This document shows, piece by piece, positions 38,027 to 47,247 of a stretch of DNA of 64,000 bases; position 1 is the first letter of the stretch, and every line of letters starts with the position of its first letter. Source of the DNA: Acidobacteriota bacterium (GTDB taxonomy: Bacteria; Acidobacteriota; Vicinamibacteria; Fen-336; JAGNNV01); contig JAQBHL010000368.1 in assembly GCA_032127745.1 (NCBI GenBank), positions 2,184-66,183 on the forward strand. Direction: 5' to 3'. The notes under the pieces were generated by a model, which worked only from the letters and a program-made list of their open reading frames with translations, was not told the DNA's origin and made no database searches. A program made the position numbers and the translations under genes.

Positions 38027-38320
38027 CCCTTACCGGCAAAACCCCTGCCCGGCCCTCCGGGCGGAGGGAACCCTTTTGGCGGAACGCTCGTCTCCTCTGA
38101 TTGTGAAGCAACGAATGAATCGAGGGTCGAGGGCGCAGCCAAGTATTTGTACAGACGGCGTTTCTCGGCCCTGTTCCGTTCGGTCGTGGGACGCCCCTGT
38201 GCGCTTCCAAGCACCGGATGGTTCGTGTCCAACGAAGCGGCATTCTTTCCTCTCTTGCTCACAAACCAAGACGTACCTTGTGCCGTCTCACTGGCATGAC
38301 TAACTCAAGGAGCTATGTAA

Positions 38321-38692
38321 ATGATCAAGCCTTTCTTCAAGACCCTGCCACTTTCCGTGCTGGCCTTCGCTCTGGCCGCCACGTCCCCCGCCGACGAACT
38401 CTCGCGGCTGAATGCCGCCTCCGCTCCGAAAGATCCTGACCAGGTCGCATGCTCAACCCGGGAGGCGATCGACCGCGGTTGGGAGTATCAGCGCGGCCTG
38501 CTTGAAGGCCGCCTTGAAGCGAAGGCGCCCGCGAGCCTCGAGGTCAAAGGCGCGATTATTTCTCCGCCCTTCCCGAGCTACGCACCGTATCGCAAGGATG
38601 TGCCCTCCGCCGTGCCGTGGACCCAATCGACCGACTCGAGGCTCAGCCGACGGCAGCCTGCGCACCACGAGCCGTCTGTCGATCGGTTCTAG
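38321..38692 (+). CDS. Hypothetical secreted protein
   Basis: Signal peptide MIKPFFKTLPLSVLAFALAATSPA. No family recognised. Confidence 0.4.
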   Translation: MIKPFFKTLPLSVLAFALAATSPADELSRLNAASAPKDPDQVACSTREAIDRGWEYQRGLLEGRLEAKAPASLEVKGAIISPPFPSYAPYRKDVPSAVPWTQSTDSRLSRRQPAHHEPSVDRF

Positions 38693-39040
38693 CCAAACCG
38701 TTCAGGCGTGCCGGGGGAGCGCTCCACCGCCCGGCGGAAGCGGGCGCCCCGTTCCCTTGCCGGGTTCGACGGGCTCGCCCCTGGATCCGGCGGCGGTTTG
38801 AGCTGACGAGCGGGGGACTGGCGCTGCGCTGCGCTCCCGCTCCTTCGCCGCCGGCGGGCGCGGAGTCCCCTCGGATTCCTGCCCGGTACCGTTCCGGGCT
38901 CACCCTGGGACTTTTGGTCAAAGGGCGGTTCGGCCTCGGGAAAACGGTGTCCGGTATTGGGACTCGCGCCAGGGTCGAGGAGCGGTTGGCAAGGATTGGA
39001 AGTATCTGCAAATACTATGGATAGGGACATTCAACAAGGG

Positions 39041-39056
39041 TGGCACGGGCATTGAT
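39041..39056 (+). promoter_or_regulatory. Candidate sigma-54 (-24/-12) promoter element TGGCAC-N5-TTGA upstream of the macA-like gene
   Basis: TGGCACGGGCATTGAT. The GG to GA spacing fits -24/-12 but -12 is GA rather than the consensus GC. The predicted transcription start would fall at or near the ATG at 39068. Confidence 0.25.
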
Positions 39057-39067
39057 AGACTGCGGGC

Positions 39068-40321
39068 ATGGACATCGCACGCCCTGACCTTGCGATCAAA
39101 CGCAGGAAGCGGAACATTCAGCTCGGCATCGGCGCCGCCGTGCTCCTGCTGAGCGCCACCTGGGGCCTGTCCCAGCTCAAGCCCGCCGCCCCGAGCGTGG
39201 ACCGCGGAACGCTCTTCCTCGACAAGGTGAAGCGTGGCGAAATGCTGCTGCAGGTTCGCGGCCTGGGCACGCTGGTGCCCGAGGAAGTTCGCCTGATCCC
39301 CGCCCTCACCGAGGCCCGGGTTGAGCGCATCGTGGCTCTACCCGGGACCATCGTGAAGCCGGACACGGTCATCCTGGAGATGTCGAACCCCGACCTGGAG
39401 CTCCAGGTCCTCGATGCCGAGTCTCAGCTGCGTGAAGCTGAGGCGCGGCTGATCGAGGCGCGGTCGCGCATTGAAGTCTCGCGGCTGGACCAGCAGGCGA
39501 CCGCGGCGCGCGTGGCTTCCGAAGCCCGGCAGGCTCGGCTTCGGGCCGACGCCGACGTGGAACTGGCGGCCCAGGGCCTGGTCGCCGGCTTGAACGCGAA
39601 GATATCGAAGTCGGCGGCCGACGAACTCGAGAGTCGGGCCAAGATCGAGCAGGAGCGGCTCAAGCTCTCCACTTCGTCCATTGACGCGCAAATTGCGGTG
39701 CCCCGCGCCACCGTCGAACAAAGGCTCGGCACCGCCCGCCTTCGCCGCGCCCAGCGCGACGCGCTGAGAGTCCGCGCCGGTATCACCGGCGTGCTGCAGT
39801 CGGTGGCGGTCGAGGTCGGTCAGCGGGTGAGTCCGGGCACGAATCTGGCTCGCGTGGTGGAGCCAACCAAGCTCAAGGCGGTTATCCGAGTGGCCGAGAC
39901 TCAAGCCAAGGACCTCGCCATCGGCCTGCCCTGCGACATCGACACCCGGAACGGCATCGTGAAGGGCAAGGTCACGCGCATCGATCCGGCGGCTCAGAAC
40001 GGAACCGTGGCGGTGGACGTGGCCCTCGAGGGCGAGTTGCCCAGAGGTGCGCGTCCCGATCTGACTGTCGATGGAACCATCGAGCTGGCCCGCCTTGAAG
40101 ACACTCTCTATGTGGGCCGGCCCGCCCAAGGGGCAGGGGAGAGCACCATCAGCCTGTTCCGCGTCGATCCGGCAACCGGCGAGGCCTACCGGGTGCGAGT
40201 TCGTCTCGGCCGGGCTTCGGTGAACAGTGTTCAGATCCTTGAAGGCCTGGAACTGGGTGATGAAGTGGTTCTCTCCGACGCTTCGGCCTGGGATGCCTTC
40301 GACCGAATTCGATTGAAGTGA
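39068..40321 (+). CDS. Efflux transporter periplasmic adaptor subunit (MacA/HlyD family)
   Basis: N-terminal TM, long coiled-coil hairpin, lipoyl and beta-barrel blocks (VVEPTKLKAVIRVAE...GKVTRIDPAAQNGTVAVDV). Confidence 0.85.
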   Translation: MDIARPDLAIKRRKRNIQLGIGAAVLLLSATWGLSQLKPAAPSVDRGTLFLDKVKRGEMLLQVRGLGTLVPEEVRLIPALTEARVERIVALPGTIVKPDTVILEMSNPDLELQVLDAESQLREAEARLIEARSRIEVSRLDQQATAARVASEARQARLRADADVELAAQGLVAGLNAKISKSAADELESRAKIEQERLKLSTSSIDAQIAVPRATVEQRLGTARLRRAQRDALRVRAGITGVLQSVAVEVGQRVSPGTNLARVVEPTKLKAVIRVAETQAKDLAIGLPCDIDTRNGIVKGKVTRIDPAAQNGTVAVDVALEGELPRGARPDLTVDGTIELARLEDTLYVGRPAQGAGESTISLFRVDPATGEAYRVRVRLGRASVNSVQILEGLELGDEVVLSDASAWDAFDRIRLK

Positions 40322-40457
40322 GTAGCCGAATCTTCCGACCAAACGTCAAAGAAATGCGGAACATAAGACGCGCGGCCGACGTTGAACCGCGAAAGAGCAT
40401 CTCTCGTTTTTGAAAAGCACCCCCCTGAAAAGACCCCCCCCAGGAGCACAGAGAACC

Positions 40458-41174
40458 ATGACCGATTCCCCTTCCTTGATCGACCTCTCCGGCGTCACCA
40501 AGGTCTTCCTGACCGATGAAGTCGAGACCCACGCTCTTTCGGGCATCCACCTCAAGATCGAGAAGGGCGAGTTCGTGGCCATCGCCGGGCCTTCGGGCTG
40601 CGGCAAGTCGACCCTGCTCTCCATCCTCGGCCTGCTCGACTCGCCGACTGGCGGCCAGTACATCCTGAACGGCCAGCCCGTGGCCAAGCTCACCGCCGCC
40701 GATCGGGCCCGGGTCCGGAACCGTGAGATTGGCTTCATCTTCCAGAGCTTCAACCTCATCGGCGATCTCACCGTCTTCGAGAATGTCGAACTCCCGCTGA
40801 CCTATCGCGGCACCAGTTCGGCGGAGCGGAAGAAGCGTGCGATGGACTCGCTCGAGCGCGTGGGCATGGGACATCGGGCCAAGCATCTTCCCAGCCAGCT
40901 CTCCGGCGGTCAGCAGCAGAGAGTCGCGGTGGCGAGAGCCCTCGTGGGCGCGCCCGCTGTCCTCCTCGCCGACGAGCCGACGGGTAATCTCGACTCGAAG
41001 AACGGCGATGCGGTGATGGCATTGATGACCGAGCTTCATCAGGGCGGCGCCACCATCGTCATGGTCACCCATGATCCCCGGTTCGCGCGCTATGCCGACC
41101 GCACCATCCACATCTTCGACGGCCGCATCGTTGAAGAGGGCTCGATTCCCACCGACAGCGCCCAGATCGCGTAA
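40458..41174 (+). CDS. ABC transporter ATP-binding protein (MacB/LolD-like ATPase)
   Basis: Walker A GPSGCGKST, signature LSGGQQQRVAVARAL, Walker B LLADEPTGNLD. The stop overlaps the next gene start (TAATG). Confidence 0.85.
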   Translation: MTDSPSLIDLSGVTKVFLTDEVETHALSGIHLKIEKGEFVAIAGPSGCGKSTLLSILGLLDSPTGGQYILNGQPVAKLTAADRARVRNREIGFIFQSFNLIGDLTVFENVELPLTYRGTSSAERKKRAMDSLERVGMGHRAKHLPSQLSGGQQQRVAVARALVGAPAVLLADEPTGNLDSKNGDAVMALMTELHQGGATIVMVTHDPRFARYADRTIHIFDGRIVEEGSIPTDSAQIA

Positions 41175-43672
41175 TGGGCGGCCTGCTCGGTGACGTGCGC
41201 CTCGCCCTGAGGCGCGTCGCGGGAAGTCCAGGCCTGACCTTTCTGATCGTCGCCACGTTCGCCCTCGGTATCGAGGCGAACACCGCGGTCTTTTCGCTCT
41301 TCGACCAGGTGCTTCTGCGCGCGATGCCGGTGAAGGATCCGGGGAGTCTCGTCATCATCCACACCCCGGGACCGAACCAGGGGATGTTCGAGTCAAACAA
41401 GAACTTCCCGGTTCCGATCTCGTACCCGATGTTCACGGACTTCCGGGACAAGACGGATGTCTTCGATGGCGTGCTTGCTTATATGCCGACCACCGTGTTC
41501 TTTGGGGTGGACAACAACACCGAACGGGTGCGCGCCGATCTCGTCTCCGGCACCTACTTTGGCGTTCTGGGTCTCCAACCGGTCCTTGGCCGTCTCCTTT
41601 CGCCGGCCGACGACGAGACCCCGGGGGCGCATCCGGTTGTGGTCATCTCCCACAGTTACTGGCAGCGGCGATTCGCCTCCGACCCCGGAGTGATCGGGAA
41701 GACGGTTCGAATCAACTCGTCGAGCATGGAGATCGTGGGCGTGGCGCCCGCGGGTTTCCGGGGCATGGAGGTGGGGCAGGAGTCTCTCGCCTTCGTGCCG
41801 ACCTCGATGAAACGAGAAGTCACGCCGACCTGGGATGAGCTGCAATCCCGGCGGGCGATGTGGCTGACCCCCATGGCCCGGTTGAGGCCAGGCGTCACCA
41901 TGGAGCAGGCCCAGGCCAGGGCCAACGTCCTCTATCACCAGATCCTGGCCGAGGAGGTCAAGGCGATCGCGCGGGGCTCCGAGAGCTTCAAGGAGCGATT
42001 CCTCAAGAAGAACCTGCAGTTCTTCCCCGGCGGGACCGGCGCCTCGGCGCTGCGCGAGCAAACGGAGGCTCCTTTCCGGATCCTGCTTGCCACCGCCTCG
42101 CTGGTTCTTTTCATCGGCTGCCTCAACATCGCGAATCTCCTGCTCACCCGCGCGACCAGGCGCCGAAAGGAAATCGCGGTGCGATTGTCGCTTGGGGGCA
42201 CCAGGGCACGCTTGATACGGGAGCTGATCGTCGAGGGAGCCGTGCTCGCCACCCTCGGTCTGATCGCGGGCCTGGCCGTCGCTATCGTGGGCGGGAAACT
42301 GCTGGTCGACACCCTTCCCGATCCCGATGCGCGCGCGCTTTTGACTTTTTCCCTGGACGCCCGGGTGCTCGGCTTTGCCGCCCTTCTGGCCTTCCTGGGC
42401 GTGGTGATCTCGACCGTCGTTCCGGCTCTTCAGGGAACGCGAGTGGCTCTGACTCCCTCCTTGCGTGAAGGAAGCGGTGCCACCGCGGCGGGTGGGCGGA
42501 AGACGCGGAACGCGCTCGTGGTCGGCCAGCTCGCCCTGTCTCTGGCTCTGTTGGTCGGGGCCGGGCTGCTCGCCCGGTCGCTCTTCAATCTCGCGAGCCG
42601 TCCCGTGGGTTACCGCACCGAAAAGATCGCCACGTTCAGTCTCAATCCGGCGCTTGCCGGCTACGACGAGGCTCAAAAGCGTTCGCTCTTCGAACGCGTC
42701 AACGCTGAGCTCGTGGCTCAACCCGACGTGGCCTCGGTGGGCATGTCCGACAATGCTCTGCTCACCAACAACGTTTCCATGAGCACCATCAAGCTTCCTG
42801 GATACACCCCGGCCGAGGAAGAGAACATGAACCCGCTGTGGATGGAGGTAAGTCCGGCCTTCTTCACCACCATTGAAGCGCCACTGATGGCCGGGCGGGG
42901 ATTCGACGACCGGGACGGACCGGACGCGCCCAAGGTTGCCATTGTGAACGAATCCTTCGCCAGGCACTACTTCAAGGACGAGAGCCCCGTGGGCCGGAGG
43001 TTCGGTTCGAGACGAGCCGAGGACTACGAGTTCGAGATCATCGGGGTGGTGAAGGACTTCCGGCAGACCGCGGTCAACGAGGAGGAGGGCCGTCGCCAGG
43101 TCTTCTTCCCCTTCGCCCAATCCCGGGTTTTGAGCTCGATGACCTACTACGTGCGGGCCCGCGCCTCCGAGACCGCGTTGTTCGAGTCCATCCGGTCCAT
43201 CGCGAGGCGGATCGATCCTTCCGTGCCCCCGACCGACGTCGCCACCCTGGCCCAGACCCGCGACGATTCGATGGCCAGCGAGCGGACCATGGCCTACCTG
43301 GCCAGCGTTTTTGGCGCGCTCGCCCTGCTTCTCGCCGCCTTGGGCCTCTACGGCGTCTTGAGCCACGGAGTGACTCAGCGATTCCGGGAGATCGGGGTGC
43401 GGGTGGCCATGGGCGCCCAGAGCGGCGACATCGTGAGACTGATCCTCGGACAGGCTGGTCGATTGCTTCTGGCTGGACTGCTTCTGGGTGTCCCGGTCGC
43501 GGCGGGCGTGGCCGCGCTGGTCAGGTCTCAACTGTTCGGGGTTCCCGCTTTCGATGCCGCGGCTCTCTCCATCGCGCTCGTGGTCCTGGCCGCCTCCGCC
43601 TTCCTGGCCGCCTACCTTCCGGCCGCCCGCGCCGCGCGGGTCGATCCTTCTCAGACTCTCCGGTACGAGTAG
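41174..43672 (+). CDS. ABC transporter permease, duplicated FtsX/MacB-like (ADOP family)
   Basis: 832 aa, same architecture as the other ADOP permeases. Confidence 0.85.
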   Translation: MGGLLGDVRLALRRVAGSPGLTFLIVATFALGIEANTAVFSLFDQVLLRAMPVKDPGSLVIIHTPGPNQGMFESNKNFPVPISYPMFTDFRDKTDVFDGVLAYMPTTVFFGVDNNTERVRADLVSGTYFGVLGLQPVLGRLLSPADDETPGAHPVVVISHSYWQRRFASDPGVIGKTVRINSSSMEIVGVAPAGFRGMEVGQESLAFVPTSMKREVTPTWDELQSRRAMWLTPMARLRPGVTMEQAQARANVLYHQILAEEVKAIARGSESFKERFLKKNLQFFPGGTGASALREQTEAPFRILLATASLVLFIGCLNIANLLLTRATRRRKEIAVRLSLGGTRARLIRELIVEGAVLATLGLIAGLAVAIVGGKLLVDTLPDPDARALLTFSLDARVLGFAALLAFLGVVISTVVPALQGTRVALTPSLREGSGATAAGGRKTRNALVVGQLALSLALLVGAGLLARSLFNLASRPVGYRTEKIATFSLNPALAGYDEAQKRSLFERVNAELVAQPDVASVGMSDNALLTNNVSMSTIKLPGYTPAEEENMNPLWMEVSPAFFTTIEAPLMAGRGFDDRDGPDAPKVAIVNESFARHYFKDESPVGRRFGSRRAEDYEFEIIGVVKDFRQTAVNEEEGRRQVFFPFAQSRVLSSMTYYVRARASETALFESIRSIARRIDPSVPPTDVATLAQTRDDSMASERTMAYLASVFGALALLLAALGLYGVLSHGVTQRFREIGVRVAMGAQSGDIVRLILGQAGRLLLAGLLLGVPVAAGVAALVRSQLFGVPAFDAAALSIALVVLAASAFLAAYLPAARAARVDPSQTLRYE

Positions 43673-43744
43673 AGGCCGGCGATTATGAGAGCGGAAGCAG
43701 TCTAGGGGCGCAGGGCGACGTTCATTAGCGAGGAGGGAAACGCC

Positions 43745-46144
43745 ATGTCAGGCTTGTTCTCAGAACTGAAGGTCGGTCTCCGGCAGCTTCGGACGCACCC
43801 CGGTCATTCCGCGGTGGTGATCGTGACCCTCGGCCTTGCTCTTGGCCTGTCGGCGGTCATCTTCAGCTTCGTGACCTTCTTTCTGCTTCGGCCCCTTCCG
43901 GTGCGGGACGAGGCGACTGTGGTTCTGGCACGCGGTGCGCATCCACAACAGAACGGAAATCGTCCGCGTATTTCCTACCCCGACTTTCTCGATTTCAAGG
44001 CACAGACCCAGACCGTCGAAGAACTCGTGGCCCTATCGCGTGGCACAGGCGCCCTGACGGGCCAAGGGGATGCCCGGCGGGTGTCCGTCGCCAACGCGAG
44101 CGAGGGCCTGTTTCGAGTCTGGGACCTTGCCGTGATTCACGGGCGCCGATTCCTAGCGGCTGAGGACGCGCCCGGCGAAGCACTGGTCATGCTGCTTGCG
44201 CACGGGTTCTGGGAACGCGAGTTCGGTTCGGACCCCGGGTTGGTGGGGAAGACGCTCACTTTGGACGGGCGGACCGGCACGGTCGTCGGCATCCTGTCTC
44301 CGGCCATAGAATTCGGTGGCTTTTCGGAGATCGACCTTTGGATCCCGCTCGCTCAGTCGAATCCGTCGATGGATCGTCAACGTCGCGACATGATGGTCAC
44401 TGGACGCCGCAAGCCCGGGGTGACGACCGAACAGGTCAGTTCGGAGTTCGCCACGATTGCTGCGCGACTGCAACAGGAGCATCCGGAGACCAATCGCGAC
44501 TGGACCGCGAATGCCGTCCCCCTTCGCGCCGCGCTCTATGGAACCAATACGCAAGTCATCCTCGCGCTGCTGGTGGTGGGCGTGTGCCTGGTCTTCGCGG
44601 TGGCCTGCGCCAACGTGGCCGGGATCATGCTGGCGCGCGCCACGACGCGGGAGCGTGAGATGGCGCTTCGGATGAGCCTTGGGGCTGAACGCAGCCAGAT
44701 CGCGCGGCAGCTTGTGGTGGAAGGGGCGGTGCTCTCGTTCCTGGGCGCCGTTTTGGGCCTCGTTCTCGCCCAGGTGGCGATCCAATTGATGAGGGCGGTC
44801 GCCTTCGAGCAGTTCTACCAGCTGGTTACGATCGATGGGACGGTTCTGGCCTTCTCGGCTGGTCTGGCCCTCGCCGCACCGATTCTCTTCGGTCTCGCTC
44901 CGGCCCTGCAGCTCGCACGCCGGGAGCTCTCGAACGTGCTCCGCGATTCAGGGGCGAGTGCCGGCACATCCGGCCGGGTAGGCCGGAGTCGACGCAGCCT
45001 GGTGGTGACGCAGATCGGCCTCGCCACGGCCCTGATGATGGTGTCGGGTCTTGCGGTGCGCACGGCGATGGCACTTCGGAACTTCGACTACGGGTACAAC
45101 ATCGCCGATCTGCTGAGCGTTCGCATCGATCTGACAGAGGCTCGCTACAAGTCGCCCGAGGACCTCCGCCTTCGCGTGAGCGGGCTGGTGGATGCATTGC
45201 TCCGCCAGCCTCAGGTTCGCAGCGTGGCTGTTGGAACCGAACTGCCGGTGTTGGACCGCGTTCGTCAGATGGCTTTCAAGCGAGAAGGGTCGACGGAAGG
45301 CGAGTCGAAGATTGCTTTGGTCACCGCGGCCACTCCTGGGTACTTCCGTGCCCTGGGAATCGGAGTCAGGCAGGGTCGCGAGTTTGCGGACGCGGACACT
45401 CCGGAGGCTCCCGCGGTGGCCCTCGTCAGTCAGGCCCTGGTTGCTCGAGACTTCGGCGCGGAGGATCCGCGGGGCCGACGTATTCAGGTCGGCGGGCCGG
45501 AGACGCCCTGGATGGAGATCGTGGGCGTGGTGGCCGACGTCGCGAATCCAGACCTCGGCAACCCGCCGACGCCACAGGTCTACGTGCCTTTCGCACAACG
45601 CCCCGAACGTTCCATCGTCCTGCTCGTGCGGACGGCGAATCCGGCGCCGGTACTGGTTTTCTTCCGGGAGACCATGAGGACGCTCGATCCCGATCAGCCG
45701 CTCTACGACACGAAGACGGTTGAGCAAGTGGCGTGGGAGGAGTTGGCGAGCAACCGAATCATCACCGGCCTGTTCGTGGCTCTTGGGAGTGTCGCGCTGG
45801 CTCTGGCCACGGTTGGACTCTATGGACTGACTGCTTTCCTGGTCGCGCAGCGGTCCCGGGAAATCGGTGTACGGATGGCGCTGGGTGCGTCCGTCCGTGA
45901 CGTGCTCAGCATGGTCCTGTCTCAAGGAGCAAGGCTCACGCTGACCGGCCTGACCCTGGGTCTCGCAATCGGCCTCTTGCTGGGCCGCGGCATGTCGAGC
46001 ATTCTTGTGGAGGTAAAGCCTTGGGATCCGGTGACGCTCCTGGCAACGCTCGCCACATTAGGGTGTGCCGCCATCGTGGCTCACTGGGCCCCGGCGCGTC
46101 GGGCCGCGTTGCTCAACCCTATCGACGCCCTTCGTCACGACTAG
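43745..46144 (+). CDS. ABC transporter permease, duplicated FtsX/MacB-like (ADOP family)
   Basis: 799 aa. Confidence 0.85.
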   Translation: MSGLFSELKVGLRQLRTHPGHSAVVIVTLGLALGLSAVIFSFVTFFLLRPLPVRDEATVVLARGAHPQQNGNRPRISYPDFLDFKAQTQTVEELVALSRGTGALTGQGDARRVSVANASEGLFRVWDLAVIHGRRFLAAEDAPGEALVMLLAHGFWEREFGSDPGLVGKTLTLDGRTGTVVGILSPAIEFGGFSEIDLWIPLAQSNPSMDRQRRDMMVTGRRKPGVTTEQVSSEFATIAARLQQEHPETNRDWTANAVPLRAALYGTNTQVILALLVVGVCLVFAVACANVAGIMLARATTREREMALRMSLGAERSQIARQLVVEGAVLSFLGAVLGLVLAQVAIQLMRAVAFEQFYQLVTIDGTVLAFSAGLALAAPILFGLAPALQLARRELSNVLRDSGASAGTSGRVGRSRRSLVVTQIGLATALMMVSGLAVRTAMALRNFDYGYNIADLLSVRIDLTEARYKSPEDLRLRVSGLVDALLRQPQVRSVAVGTELPVLDRVRQMAFKREGSTEGESKIALVTAATPGYFRALGIGVRQGREFADADTPEAPAVALVSQALVARDFGAEDPRGRRIQVGGPETPWMEIVGVVADVANPDLGNPPTPQVYVPFAQRPERSIVLLVRTANPAPVLVFFRETMRTLDPDQPLYDTKTVEQVAWEELASNRIITGLFVALGSVALALATVGLYGLTAFLVAQRSREIGVRMALGASVRDVLSMVLSQGARLTLTGLTLGLAIGLLLGRGMSSILVEVKPWDPVTLLATLATLGCAAIVAHWAPARRAALLNPIDALRHD

Positions 46145-46161
46145 ACAACGAGGGCTCTGGA

Positions 46162-47190
46162 ATGCGCCACTTTCTCTCTGAGCTCAAACTCGCGATGAGG
46201 ACGTGGTCGCATCGACCGGGTCTCGCCCTGGCCGCCGTCGTGACCCCCTCCCTGGGACTCGGGTCCGCCACCGCGATCTGGAGCCTGCTGCAGGCGGTTC
46301 TCATAGCACCCCTGCCCTACGCGGAGGGAGCGCGCCGCGGTGGTCTTCAACCCATGGAGCGGCTTCGAGAAGACCTGGGTCAACCCGGGGGAGATGCTCG
46401 CTTTGAAAGGCGGGGCGTCGTCCATCGAAGACGTGGCCTACTCGTTTTCGCGGTGCTACCGGATTTCGGACTCGCGAAAGCGCGTTTGCTGGACGGCCTC
46501 TCCCGCGCCAGTCGCCGCACGGGCGGATCTCCCCGACAGCGCTTCGTCCGGCGGGGACTGGTGGCGGCGCAACTCGCCTTTGCGGTCCTGCTTTGCGTCG
46601 GTGGACTATTGATCGCAGTCACGGTGCGCGAACTCGGAAGCATTGATATCGGATTCAAGCCCGATGGAGTGCTGACCGCTCGGGTGAGTCTCCCCGCGGC
46701 CACCCAACCCGACGCGGAGAAGACGACGGCGTACCACACCCGGCTTCTGGACGGTGTCCGGGCCCTCCCGGATGTGAAGGCGGCCGGCCTTCTTCGGAAT
46801 CTTCCATTGGGAGAGTCGATCGGTGATTTTGGGGTCCAGGTCGAGGGACCGAATGGGCAAGAGCACGGACAGGCGGACTGGCAAGCGTCGTCCGACGGGA
46901 CCATCGAGACGCTGGGCCTGCGGCTCTTGGCCGGTCGTGATTTCCTGCCGAGTGACATTGCGACCGCGCCGCAGGTGGCACTCATCAATGAGGCCATGGC
47001 TCGTCGCTACTGGCCAGGGCTCGACCCGGTGCGGGTCACGTCTTCGCTCCGTGCCCTGACCCAAAGGCTGGATCCGGTCGTCTTCATCGCCTCCGGAGCA
47101 TTTCTGCTTCTCGTCGCGGCGGTGGGCGCGGCACTTCCGGCTCGACGCGCCTGCGGCATCGATCCGGCCGAGGCTCTGCGCGATGAATAG
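46162..47190 (+). pseudogene. Truncated ADOP permease paralog (TM1 joined to second periplasmic domain and last TM; first FtsX module missing)
   Basis: MRHFLSELKLAMRTWSHRPGLALAAV... N-terminus, ~60 residues of poor sequence, then the homologous C-terminal third ending GIDPAEALRDE. Confidence 0.5.
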
Positions 47191-47247
47191 CGATCTCGAT
47201 GCCAATCTGCCCTGCCCCCCGTCTCATTCCCGAACCAGGAGTCCACG

